DNA from: Dictyostelium discoideum
Lineage: Eukaryota
Assembly: GCA_000004695.1 (NCBI GenBank)
Contig: CM000153.2
Location: 3,200,001-3,264,000, forward strand
Reading direction: 5' to 3'
Length of the DNA: 64,000 nucleotides
The notes beneath the pieces are model-generated. The model had not been told where the DNA came from, searched no databases, and saw only the letters and a list, made by a program, of their open reading frames with translations. This document shows positions 26,585 to 40,791 of the stretch, one piece after another (positions within the stretch are counted from its first letter, which is position 1; each line of letters starts with the position of its first letter). The position numbers and the translations under genes were made by a program.

Positions 26585-26838
26585 TAATTTTAGCGAACAA
26601 AATAGTAATAATAATAATAGTAGTAATAGTTTAATTAATCTTGACGATGATATAATATTGGATACGCAAATTGATGAAGAAAAACAAATTAAACAAGAAA
26701 ATAATAATAACAATAATAGTGGTAATAATAGTTTAGAAAATAGTGTTATCTTAACAACTCCAAGACCAGTAGTTAGTGATAGATTTAAATTATCAGTTTT
26801 AGATGAAACAGGTGATGAATCTGATGTAAGTTTAAATT

Positions 26839-26881
<43 letters not shown>

Positions 26882-27388
26882 TTTTAATTAATTACTAACC
26901 ATTTTTTATTTTTAAAAAAAAAGTCATTAAACTTTTCAATGACAGATAAAGAAAGAGAGAATGAAATGAAAGTTTATTATGAAAATAAGATTACACAATT
27001 ATTGAATAAGATATCAAATATTGATGCTAAAGCATTAAGATACTATGATCAATATCAACAATTAATGAAAAAAGGTGGTGCTAGTCAAAGTGAATTAGAT
27101 TCTACCATTTTGGAATTAAAGAATTGTAAAGTTGAATTAAAGAATACCAAAGATGAATTAGAGGTTACTCGTGTAAACTACGATCAACAAATGAGATATC
27201 TCACTGAACAATTCATTTCTTTGAATGAGAATGTAAGCTCACTCGATAGTCAACTCATTAAAATTAAACAATATAAAGTTTCTTGTGGTAAATGTAAACA
27301 TTGGAATCAATTGGAATTCATTTTCTCTCCAAATAATCAAGGTTTATATTGTTCAAAAGGTCATCCAATTTTAACAATTCAACCTTAG
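24754..27388 (+). CDS. Protein phosphatase 1 regulatory subunit 21 (PPP1R21, KLRAQ + TTKRSYEDQ domains) homologue, 3 exons: 24754-25077, 25194-26825, 26924-27388
   Basis: N-terminus YQKVKNQNAILKKALLQEQQKTNDLEKGLKEKEQALTTSLQEHDVLDFNNQRLTKRIQLMQD aligns to human PPP1R21 KLRAQ. Exon 3 (ELEVTRVNYDQQMRYLTEQFISLNENVS) aligns to the TTKRSYEDQ domain. GTAAGT donors at 25078 and 26826; T-rich ...AAG and AAAAAG acceptors. Confidence 0.65.
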
Positions 27389-27918
27389 CTCTATTTATTT
27401 ATTAATTATTAATAATTAATAATTATTAATAATACCACTATTATAAATTAATAAAAATTATTATTAACTAATAATAAAAATAGTAATAATTTATTATTAA
27501 CAAAAATAATACCTTTACATTTTATTTTACGTGGTTAAAACAATAGTTTTTTTTTTTTTTTTATTATAAATTTTTTAATTTAATATAAGGTGCATAGGTA
27601 ATTGATTAAATAATTTTACTTTCCAAGTATTTTTATTATTTATTTCAGAAAACTTTCTTTTTCTTTTTTTTTTTCTTTTTTTTTTTAAAAAAATTTTAAG
27701 GGGGGGGATAAAATCTTATTTTACAATCTATAAAAATTGTAATGGGAATTAAGATTTTAATACAAATTAATAAATCTTAATTGCTAATAAATTATTTTTT
27801 GGATGAAAAAAAAAAAAGAAAAAAAAAAAAAAAAAGGGAAAAAAAAAAAATGTATAAAAGAAAAAAATTAATGGACATTTAAAATAAAAATATATTCAAA
27901 TACAATCTTTTAAAAATC

Positions 27919-28219
27919 ATGACTCTCTTTTGTAGGTTTACTAAATTAAAAAAAAGTTTTTTTTTTTCATAATAATAATTAACAATTTGTATTTTTCTTT
28001 ATAATTATAAAAATAGCATCATTATCATCATTAAGCACTGGTTCTTTGAAATCAAGTGTTTCTTCAATTGAAACTGGTAGTTCAAGTGGTTCATTTGGTT
28101 CAAATGAAACATCGGGATGGGGTCACCATCATTGGAATAGTTGTCATCCATGTCCACCACCACGTCCAATTTGTCGTCCATGTCCACCATGTCGTCCAGT
28201 ACCAAGATGTCATCATTAA
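27919..28219 (+). CDS. HssA/2C/7E-like small Ser-rich / Cys-Pro-rich protein (paralog 1), exons 27919-27931 and 28017-28219
   Basis: 13-nt first exon ATGACTCTCTTTT, GTAGGT donor, AAATAG acceptor. Product [71 protein letters not shown]. The N-terminus resembles the Dictyostelium HssA-family start (MTLFSSISS...). Confidence 0.6.
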
Positions 28220-28499
28220 AGTTTAATTTTAAATAAAATTAATAAATAGAACTTTAAAATGTTTGGAATTTAAATAAATAATTTTTCTTTTTTTAAAAAA
28301 TATATTCAAACACATTGAATTTGATTTTGGAAAATTTACTACCAATAAAACTAATGATAATAAAATTCTTTTATTAACAAAATTTATTATTAAACAGAAA
28401 TATAGAATGTATTACTGATGCTCAAAAAACTGATGATTTAAAATATGTTAGAGAATGGGTTTATTCCTTTGTGAATCAATGTCCAATACATAATCCAAT

Positions 28500-28544
<45 letters not shown>

Positions 28545-28707
28545 CCTTGTCCTAATTTGGGATGTGCCGTTGTGACCACTAAATCCATTTTCAATTTATT
28601 TCAACAAAGTTTGCAGGGTAAATTAAAAAATATAATATTTAAAAAAATAAAATTGCACAGGAAATTTATTTTTAATGAAATTTTTTTATTTTTATCAAAA
28701 ATCTATT

Positions 28708-28993
28708 TTAATATTTATAATGGCATCTTGGTTCTGGACGGCATGGTGGGCATGGACGACAAATTGGACGTGGTGGTGGACATGGATGACAACTATTCCA
28801 ATGGTGGTTACCCCATCCAGATGTTTCATTTGAACCAAATGAACCACTTGAACTACCAGTTTCAATTGAAGAAACACTTGATTTCAAAGAACCAGTGCTT
28901 AATGATGATAATGATGCTAATTTTTATAAATTATTTATTAATAAATTAAAATTTTTTTTTTTTTTAGGAAAAAAACTTACAAAATAGGGTCAT
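28708..28993 (-). CDS. HssA/2C/7E-like small Cys-Pro-rich protein (paralog 2, inverted), exons 28993-28981 and 28916-28708
   Basis: Minus-strand ATGACCCTATTTT + GTAAGT donor + ...AATTAG acceptor, giving [73 protein letters not shown]. Coding sequence about 95% identical to paralog 1. Confidence 0.6.
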
Positions 28994-29421
28994 TTTAAAA
29001 TTTTAATAGTTTCTTGTTTAAAAATTAGAGTTTGATTTAATATTTTTTTTTTCTAATTTGGTTACAATTTATAGTTTTTTTTTTTCTAAAAAAAAGAATA
29101 AAAAAACAAATAATTTTTTAATTTTATTTTAAAATCATACTTTTTGTTTTTTCATTTCTATTTTTTTTTATATCAAAAAACTTAAACTCCCCCCCCATTA
29201 TATTTTTCTATTTGACTTGTTATATTATTTATTCATAAATGATTACTTGTTATAGTAATTATTATTAAAAATGGGGCCTTTGGATTTTGAATTATCAAGA
29301 ATTCTTAAAATAAAAAAGTCTTTAAAAAAAAAAAAAAAAAAAAATTATTCAAAAAATTAAAAAACTATAAAAACAAAAAATCAATTTTTAAAATATTAAT
29401 TATAAATCAAAAAATAAAAAT

Positions 29422-29901
29422 ATGAGTATTTTCAGTAAGTATAATTTTTTTTAGAAATATTGTAAAACTCAGTAAAATTTGTCATAAATATTTTTAAAAA
29501 TAATAATAAATTATTAATTTCAATTATTCCTACAAAATAAATGTTTTAATAATTAAACCACTTTGTTGATCCCAAACATGGTGAATTTTTTAATTTCGAA
29601 ATTTTTGCTCAAATTTTCCTGGATTTTACAATATTTAAATAAATAAAATAAACTAAATTTAAACCCTTTTTTTAAATAAATATAGGTTCATTATCATCAT
29701 TATCCACTGGTTCTTTGAAATCAAGTGTTTCATCAATTGAAAACGGTAGCTCAAGTGGTTCATTTGGTTCAAATGAAACATCTGGATGGGGTCAACACCA
29801 CTGGAATAGTTGTCGTCCATGTCCACCACCACGTCCAATTTGTCGTCCATGTCCACCACCATGTCATCCAAAACCAAGATGTCATTATTAAAAATTTAAT
29901 A
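29422..29901 (+). CDS. HssA/2C/7E-like small Cys-Pro-rich protein (paralog 3), exons 29422-29434 and 29685-29901
   Basis: ATGAGTATTTTCA + GTAAGT donor, ATAG acceptor. Product [72 protein letters not shown]. Confidence 0.6.
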
Positions 29902-30058
29902 AGGTTTTAAAAATAAATTTCATCTTTAAAAAAAAAGATATTTTTAGAAAATTGGAAAAGTAGTATTAAAAATTTTTATTGTGTTTGTTAGAGAAAAAAA
30001 AAATAGTATAAAATACTAATAACCAAACAAAAAACAAATGTTTTTAAATATATTTAAA

Positions 30059-32803
30059 CTATTTTGAATTAAAGTCATAGTAAGAAACTTCACCATCAGA
30101 AAAACCAGCTAACATTGTTTCATCATCTATTGATAAACATTCTACGGGTGATAAATTATTAATGGTAGTTAAAAGGTTTGGTTCATTACTACCCTCTAAA
30201 TTCCATAAGCAAATTGAATCTTCATCCCCTGTACACATACGTAAATTATTATAGATACTTATTGCTTTAACCTTTGAGGAATGAGATTTTATATTGTGGA
30301 TGGCAGAACTTGGATTTCTGATATCCCACATTCTAATGGTCTTATCGCTTGAACCTGTAATCAATTGATAATCATTTAAAAAGTCGAGACAATTAACTGA
30401 ACCTTTGTGACCATTGAGAACCAATTCAGTTTTATTTGAGTCTATATCCCATAGCTTAACAGTTTTATCAGTACATGCAATCATACAAAAGTTTTCAAAC
30501 CTTCCAATTTTACAATGATTAATTTTGGTGTTTTCAATTTCTATCATTTGCAATTCCTGTTCAGTTTCGCTATCATATAGCTTGACGGTATTACTTTCAT
30601 AAGAGTAAATATCTCTTTTCATGAAAATGAAACCATTAGAAACGTAGAGAAAACGTTGTTCTTTTTCAATTTCTTTTGTAGCGATATTGTAATGTTGAAT
30701 TGCACCATTTGAACAACCCAATCTAATGATACCATGCATAAATAAACAATATGGGAATATATCTGTTGAAAGTTTAGTAAAATTATCCTTTTCAAATGAA
30801 ATAACTGAACTTGCACCACATCTAGTTGTACTTTCACATTGTTTTGTTGCAATATTCCAAGATTTAAATTCTTTATCCTTTGAACCTGTGAATATTTGAT
30901 TTGGTGCCATTTGTAAACAACTAATCTTTCCTTTATGTCCTCTTAAATTACTAACTTTCCCATTACCAGCTCTCCAATGTCTATTAATTGTTTCTTTTTC
31001 TCTAAACATATTCAACCAATAATGTTCATTCTTTTGAATTTGTTCTCTATTATTATATTTATTATTATTTTCAAGTAGCATATCTGGTAATTGTGGAATT
31101 GGTGGTGGTGGTGGTGGTAGTAGTGGTGGCGATGGTGAAGAAGAAGATGAAGATGCTGATAATGGTGAAGAATTATTTGATTTTTTTTTACTATGATCAA
31201 AAGTTAAATCCAATAATTGTTTCTTTTCAGTACCTAAATTTATATCTTCAATTGAACTCCATTTAAATAAAGAATCTGAACTATTTTTTGTAAACTCTCT
31301 ATTATAAAGATCTCTCCAAATATTATCATCCAAACAAATCCTATTAAAATATTTACAAGTTCTTGACATTCTAATTAAATGAGTTGCATCCATTAATGTG
31401 AAAATATATTGAATCATTTCATATGGTAACAAATCAAATAAAGAACAAGTTTTTAAATTATGACTTTCCAAATAACGTGGTGATTTCTTTTTTGGTGGTT
31501 TTCTTAAATGTAATCCACTTGATATTAATAATAAAAATGGTTTTCTTGTTATATATGATTCCCAATTTTCTGAAAATCTAAGATATTCTTGATCATTATT
31601 ATTATTAATATCTAATTGTTGATTATTATCTATTAAAGCTGAATCATTTGAAAAAGTGGAAGAGGATGAAGAAGATGTTGGTGAAGAGAGTTGTTGAGGT
31701 GGTGAAAATGTCAAAGATGATGAAGTGCTACTACTACTACTACTACTACCACCACTACCACCACCACTTGAAAAACAAAACTGAGTTGAAGGAATTGAAA
31801 TTGAAGTTGAATTAATTCCATTATCTCTAAATTTTCTTTTTTTTTCGTTCTCATGATTATTTGAATTTGGTGGTGAATTTATAATTAAAGATGGTTTAGA
31901 ATGACGAATTTGAATATTTGAAAAAATTTCGGCCAATTCTGAGAATTTATCAATACCTTCCCAATGTGGAAACTCTTGTTGTTTTCTTTTATGTAAATAA
32001 AATGGATTAATTGAATAATATTTAATCATTTCGACAGTTGCTCTAGTTTTTTCTGATATAACATATAGAATTTGTTTCTTTGGATAAATTTTATATGTTG
32101 ATGGTGGTAAATACATTCTAAACTTTAATATATATCTTATAATACAACCCCTTTCTTGTGGAATTATGTAATAAGCTGATGGAGAATACCAAAATCCCGT
32201 CTTCACTATTGTAGATGGTTTCAACAATGACCTATACCCAAGGAATATTATACCCTTTTGAAAATAATTAACCTGTTTAACCAATACAGCCGACAAAACA
32301 TCCTTTGGTGCTAAAACCGACCGAAAACTCATTCTCTCCAATGAAGTTACCTGATCTAACTTTTTCAATGTTTTCATACCACATGTCCATTGATCGATTT
32401 TACATGAATACTCTGAAAATATATAAGAAAATATCACTTCTGCAGATGCATCTATAAATGAACTACCACTACATGCGAAATCTAATGAATTTTCATCATA
32501 ATCTCTATAATAGAATGTATAATCATTAAACTTTCTAAAACAATTCCAACCGGTTTCAACTGGATTTACCTCTAATTCACCAACAGTTTTACTAGTTTCT
32601 TTAAACATAAAAGTTGGTGTTTTATCAACATCATATAACTCTTCATCTACATCTAAAAATTCAAATTCTTCTGATAATTGTGGTAATAAAATTTTCTTTC
32701 CATCTTTTTCATTTAAATTTTCATTTGAATTTGAATTTGTAATACTATCACTATTATTATTATTATTTTCATTACTATTACTATTTTTAATATTTTGTTG
32801 TTG

Positions 32804-32901
<98 letters not shown>

Positions 32902-33762
32902 GATTTGGGTTAAATAAATCTGGTGTTTTAAATTTTTTAAAATTATTTTCAATTTCTTTTTTATAATTTTTTTTAATATATTTTATAAGATTTGGTAAAG
33001 TATGAGTAATTTGAATACCAGTATTTCTATAGATCCTTTTCAAATCTACAGAATTAATTCTGAGGTATGGTGCAATGGTTAAATCATTAATTTGTACTAC
33101 CAATGTAATTCTAGTTTTATTTGGTGAAATTTGAAGGAATTCCCATCCTGATGGTTTCATATATGTTGGACTAGGTATTGATTCATGATGAATTGATCTA
33201 ATTACTACCCATGCTGATTTATTTTCAAAATCAACTGAAAAATTTCTTAAAAAAACAAAGTCTCTTGGAGCTCCTCCAAGTGGTGATCCAAATGAATAAT
33301 AATCAACTGAATTGCAACTGTCTAATTGTTCAATCTTTTTTGACTTTTAAATATGGTGTGAAAAAAATTATTAAAAAAAAATATTAAAAAAAAAAAAAAA
33401 AAAAAAAAAGGTTATTTTTAGTTTTTAGTTTTTTGATTTTGTTTTTTTTTTTTGATTTTTTTTGATTTTTAATAATTTATAAAAAAATAATAATAAAATT
33501 ATAAGTTTACCTCAATACAAAGTTCATCCCATATTTGTTGTAAATTTGCATTGTATAAAACATTTAATGGAATTTCTGGTGAAGTATTAATTTCACCAAT
33601 ACATTTAAAAATTAAACCTTCTTCAGTTGGATTTTCTATGGATTGAACTGAACATTCTTCATATTCACCCAAATCTGTCCAAGGCATAGTGGTATAATTA
33701 ATTAAATATTTAACTTCATCGTACACACTTTTAACAATATCCATACCATTTACATATTGCAT
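30059..33762 (-). CDS. START-domain + F-box + WD40-repeat protein, 2 exons: 33762-33511 and 33343-30059
   Basis: Exon 1 plus the start of exon 2 show a START-like lipid-binding signature (...GLIFKCIGEINTSPEIPLNVLYN...WDELCIE | SKKIEQLDSCNSVDYYSFGSPLGGAPRDFVFLRNFSVDFENKSAWVVIRSIHH). F-box at LFDLLPYEMIQYIFTLMDATHLIRMSRTCKYFNRICLDDNIWRDLY. C-terminal WD40 repeats (GHKGKISCL..., WDI/WNL motifs). GTAAAC donor, TTTAAAAG acceptor, phase 0. Poly-N of about 40 residues. Confidence 0.75.
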
Positions 33763-33904
33763 TTTGTAATTTTATATTAATAATAATTATAATAATAATG
33801 TTTATGTTTATGTTTATGTTTATGTGAATGTGTATGTGAATGTGTTTGTGTTTGTGAGTGTTAAATTTAATTTTATATCTCTATTTTATTTATATGTATT
33901 TAAT

Positions 33905-34030
33905 TCATATATATTTTATTTTATTTTATTTTATTTTATTTTATTTTATTTTATTTTATTTTATTTTATTTTATTTTATTTTCTTTTCTTTTCTTTTCTT
34001 TTCTTTTCTTTTCTTTTCTTTTCTTTTCTT
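33905..34030. repeat. Compound microsatellite (TTTTA)n followed by (TTTTC)n
   Basis: Directly visible: ttttattttattttatt... about 14 copies, then ttttcttttcttttc... about 10 copies. Intergenic. Confidence 0.9.
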
Positions 34031-34700
34031 TAACAATATTAATATTTATTTATATTTAATTTATTTATATATAATATTTATATTTATATTTATATATAGA
34101 TTTATTTTTCTATTTGTTTTTATATATATTAATTTATTTTATTTTATTATTACAATTTAATTTTGGTTTTTTTTTTTTTTTTTGGTTTTTTTTTTTTTAT
34201 ATAATAGTTTTTTGAATGGTATTTTTCCGGAAAAAAAAAAAAGATCTTTAAAAAAAAAAAATTTAACTTTATTTAATTAAATTTAAATTTAAATTTTCAT
34301 GGATGAATAGGAATTAAAATTGTTTTTTTTAATTTATCTTTTTTTTTATTTTTATTTTTTTTTTTTTTTTTTTTTTTTTATTTTTTTTTTTTTATAAAAT
34401 TTAAAATTATTTCTTTTTGTTTACAAGAGGGTAAATTTGGTGAATTTAGTTAACTTTAATATTTATAAAGGTTAAAAAATAAAAAATTAAAAAATAAAAG
34501 AATTGTTGTCAAATGAAAATGAAAACCATAAAAAAAAAAAAAAAATTTAAAAAAAAAATAAAAAAGAAGGAAAAAACAAATATATCTATTTGGGGGTATT
34601 TTATCCTGTGTTTTTTTTTTTTTTTTTTTTTTGATAGTTTTTTTCTTTAAATTTTTGTCGAGTTGATCGTGATTTTTTTTAAATGAAAGGACACAACACG

Positions 34701-34743
<43 letters not shown>

Positions 34744-35650
34744 GGCAAAAGTGAAAGGTGTGAAAAGATGAGGGATTTTTTTTTTATTTTTGGAATTTAT
34801 GATAACTATTGCCGAGTGATAATTTTATGAAAAAAATAAAATAATAAAAAAAAATACATATATATACATATAAATATGTATATATATAATTAAAATAAAT
34901 TTTAAATAAAAAAATATAAAAATTAAATAAAAAATTTTTTAAAAAAAAAATAAAAGATAAAAAAGATAAAAGTTCAGCGTCATTTTTACACATTTTTACA
35001 GCGGGCTAAAACCCAATTTAGTTTGAAAAATGGTTTTTAATTTCATAAAGGCTATTTCTCACCAGCACGCATATGTCATTGTTTTAAAATTTTATTGAAT
35101 AAAATATTTTCACATTTAGTGTTTTTTCAATTTCCAAAAATTCAAATAAAAATCTTTTTTCACAATTCCCAAATTTTCCAAAAAAAAAAAGGTACCAATT
35201 GTGAGGTGTTGGACTATGAAATTTTTAAAAAACTTTATTTCATTTTTGATTTGAAAAAAAAAAAAAGTGAATTGGTTCCTGATTGGTCATTATTAATTTT
35301 ATTTTATTTTTTATTTTTTTTTTTAAAAAAAAATTTGCAACGACTAATAATAAAAAATAATCATTTGGTTGGTTAAAAATAAAAAAAAAGAAAAAAAACA
35401 TCATATGTTGATTTTATTTGAATAAAAATAAACACTTTTTTTCAGTTTATTTTTTACCTTAACTTTGGTGTATGTGGCTATTGAAAAAAAAAAAAAAAAA
35501 AAAAATATCTTTTGTGGGATTTGCTCAAAACAATTTTCGCAATATTATAAAAGATCCATTTTTTTTTTTTTTTTTTTTTCTTATTTTTTTTTCTTTTTTT
35601 TATTTTTTTTTTTTTTTTAATTTTTACACACCAAAACCACATCGTATCTC

Positions 35651-35697
<47 letters not shown>

Positions 35698-36290
35698 CCA
35701 AACTTTTTCAATGAAACCAAAACTCAACGTTTGGAATCTGCGTAAACATTGTGAAACAGGTTTGATTGGATTATCGCACAAAATTTTTTAAAAAAAAATA
35801 AATAAATAAATAAAAATCTTTTTTTAAATTTTTAAAAATAAAACCAGGTCGATTTTAAATAAAATACTTTTGTCGTCATTCGGCTTTGGTTATTTTTTTT
35901 TTTTTTTTTTTTTTATCCTCCAACTTAAAAAAATAATAATAATAATAATAATTTTTTTATCATCCAACTTTAAAAAAAAAAAAAAAAAAAATGAAAATAA
36001 AAAATAATAAAAAATTAAATTAAATAAAATAAAATTATTTAAAACAATATATTACACAATTAATTTTAAAAAATTCACAAAATAAATTATAAATTTAATG
36101 ATTTTCAATCAGTTTTATTAGATTGATTAAATTTTTTAGTTTTTTTTTTTTTTTTTTTAAAATTAAATTAAATTTTCTAAACAAAAATTGAATAAATAAT
36201 AATAAAATTATAATTTATTATTTATTTAATTTTATTTAATTTTTTTTTTTTTATTTTTTTTTATAATTACAAGTTATTTTATTAAATTAA

Positions 36291-37462
<1,172 letters not shown>

Positions 37463-37735
37463 TTTATAAAATAAATATTTTTAGTATTAAAAAAAAAAAA
37501 AAAAACAAAAAAAACACTAAACACTTTTTTTTTTTTTTTTTTGTAGTTAATTTATGAAAATGAAAAAAAAAAAAATAAAAAAATAAAAAAAAAAAATAAA
37601 AAATAAAAAATAAAAATAAAAAATTAAAAAAAAAATCTAAAAAAATCGTCATTAGATTACTTTTTGGGAAATTTAAAACGAAAGTAATTTTAATTATTGT
37701 GGTGAAATAAAAAACACAACCCAAAATGGGAAAAT

Positions 37736-37771
<36 letters not shown>

Positions 37772-37794
37772 CCATTTCTTCAATTTAAATCTTA

Positions 37795-37830
<36 letters not shown>

Positions 37831-37972
37831 TTGTGACTACCATATATAAAATATTTTCAGTTTTAACATTTTAATTTGTTTTAAAGATTTAATATTTTAA
37901 ACATTTGGATTTGTTGTGTTTTTTTTTTTTATTATTTTTTTTTTATATTTATTTATTATTATTTTTTTTTTT

Positions 37973-39086
37973 TTATCTTGAAGATGATAAAGCTCTTCTA
38001 TTACGAGTACCTAAAAGATTAAATGAATTATAACCATATAAAGATTTTTCATATTCCATTAATTGGAATTGAAAACCTGTATTAATATTTATACGTGGTG
38101 CAGAGTTTTTGACATATTCATAAGAATCCTTTAAAGATAATTTCAAAGCTTTCATTCCAAAAGCTACAGCCAATGTAGTTGATCTTGATCTACCTTCCTT
38201 ACAATGAATTAATATTGAAGATGATGGTGAATTTGTCAATGATTGTTGAATGAATTCAATTGCATCGTTAAAGTAACGATTAATTGGTTGATCGATTGAA
38301 TCTGAAACAGAGACACGAAAGAACTTTAAATGCTCCAATGATTTTGGTAAAGAGACTTCAATGGTTGCATTTAAGATTGAATTGATATTCTCCTTTTCCA
38401 ACCATTCCAAATTGTTTAAACAATTCTTACCACCTACAAATATATTGATATTTGGATCCAATTTTTCAAATACTTTAAATCCTTCATTTTTTGCGCTGTC
38501 AAAGTAATGTTGATGATTTCCAAAATCATCACTTTTAATACCAACAAGCGATCTAGTTCTATTTAAAATTCTTCCACCATTTTCATCATATTCCACTTCT
38601 TCCTCTTCTTTCTCTTCATTACTTTGTGTTGATGGCAATTCATCACCATTATTATCATCATTTTCTCCTTCCTCTTTAATGTTAAAGTTTAGTTTTGGTA
38701 ATTTCTCTTTTAATAATATAAATTCATATCTAATTTCTTTATCTTGTTTAGATGGTGATAAAACAAATGATACCTTAATTCGTTGATTATTGTCTGTGGT
38801 TGTTTCATTTGTTGATGTTGCTGCAGCAGTTGTTGTAGTAGTAGTAGTAGTAGTTGTTGTTGTTGTTGTTGGTGTTGGAATTGTAGATGATGATGAAGCT
38901 AATGGATTTTTAGCCGTTATTTTAGATGTTTTTTTCTTTTCAAACTTTCCACTAATATTTTTTTTAATTGTTTCAAATAATGATGGTTTCTTTTCATCTT
39001 TATTCTCTTTTTTAACCTTTATTTCTTTGGGTTTTATTTCTTTTATTGTTTCTTTTTTCTCCTTTTTAATTTCATTGTAATTATTA

Positions 39087-39174
<88 letters not shown>

Positions 39175-39665
39175 TTGTAGTGGTGGTGGTGGTGGTAGTA
39201 GTGGCAGTGGTATTAGTGGTAGTAGTGGTAGTAGTTGGTTTATTTAATTTTTGTTCTTGTGGTTGTTCGATTTTAATTGAAGGTTGTCTAGTTCTTGGTT
39301 TATTTGGATCGAAATACCAATAAATTCCATCCAATGTTGATTCTAATCTTGATTTTTTCTTTTGTGGTTTTTTTGAATTGAATTGTACTAACTCATTACC
39401 AATTGATTGATTAATAATAATACTACTTTTATTTTCTTGATTTGAATTTTGATGTGGATGTGATTGTAATGGTTGTAGTGGTTGACGAACATTTTGTAAA
39501 TCACTTTTATTATTATCATGGTTTTTGGTGATTTTTACCAATGGTTGTACTGGTTGTACTGTTTGTAATGGTTGACGAGTATTTTGTAAATTATTTAAAA
39601 TATTTGTATCAATATTTTTATTTTCTTTATCTTTATCATCAAATTTTTTACTTTTTAAAAAATTT

Positions 39666-39736
<71 letters not shown>

Positions 39737-40213
39737 GTTGTTGTTGTTATTGTTATTGTTATTATTGTTATTGTTATTATTATTGATACTATTGCTATTG
39801 TTATTATTGCCGATATTTGTATCATTATTGTAACTTGATGGAGTTGCTATGTTAGCTTCCATTGGTTCAATTTTAATTTCTGCCCCAATGATATTATTAT
39901 TATTAGTGACTATTTTATTTAAATTACTATCAATAGTATTGTCGATTGATGATGTTGATGAAAAAGAAACAGATGTTGGAATTGAAGTTTCATTATTATT
40001 AATATTATTTGTATTGTTTATATTATTATTTATATTATTATCATCTGTTTCATTTTTTACAGTTATTTCTTTTATTTTTGTTGAGGGTTTCGAAGAATCA
40101 TTATTTTTTTGTACTTTTTCATGGACAATAAGGTCAGAAAGAAATTTGCTGGTGTTAACTCGAGGCCTTTTGTCATTTGTGATCTTCCAATAATCGCCAT
40201 TAAAATTATCCAT
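37973..40213 (-). CDS. Dual-specificity protein phosphatase with a long low-complexity N-terminal region
   Basis: C-terminal catalytic domain with ILIHCKEGRSRSTTLAVAFGMK (HCxxGxxRS P-loop). About 500 aa of N/T/Q-rich sequence upstream. Single exon. Confidence 0.8.
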
Positions 40214-40791
40214 TCTTTTATTCCTAATTCTAAATTAAAAAAATAAATAAATAAATAAATAAATAATTAATTAATTATTTGTTATTGTACAAATAAACAA
40301 GTAAAAAAAAAATAAAAAATAAAAAAAAAAAAGAAAAAAATAAATAAAAAATAAAAAAAAAATAAAAATTAAAACAATTTAATTTAAAAAAATTTAAATT
40401 TTGAGAGGCAAATTGCCTAATTTACCTTCCAAAAAAAATTTTTTTTTGAATTAAATTTTTTTATTTTAATTGTTTTTTTTTTTTTTTTATAATTTAAATT
40501 ATTTATGGAAATTATTCATTATTTGTTTTCACCATATTATCTTTTTTAATTATATAAGTTAATACAATTTTTTTTTTTAAATTTTATAATATTTTAAGAA
40601 AAAAAGTGGAAGTTCTTTTTTTTTTTTTAATTTTTTTTTTTTAATTTTTTTTTATTTTTTATTTTTTATTTTTTTTTTGAAAAATAGCGGAACGATGACT
40701 TTTTTTAAATTTTTTTTTTTTTTTTTTATAAATAATTATTTTTATTTTATTTTATTCATTAAAAATTAATATAAATAAAATATAAAATAAA

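Noticed and set aside
26828-26891. Tail of ORF 25359-26891 ([21 protein letters not shown])
   Set aside because: Translation of an (ATTT)n intron microsatellite after the GTAAGT donor at 26826. The real exon resumes at 26924.
28005-29910. ORFs 28005-28205(-), 28557-28949(+), 28695-28877(-), 29659-29877(-), 29725-29910(+)
   Set aside because: Wrong-frame or wrong-strand readings of the three HssA-like genes. The correct products require the 13-nt first exons and run in the frames given in the features.
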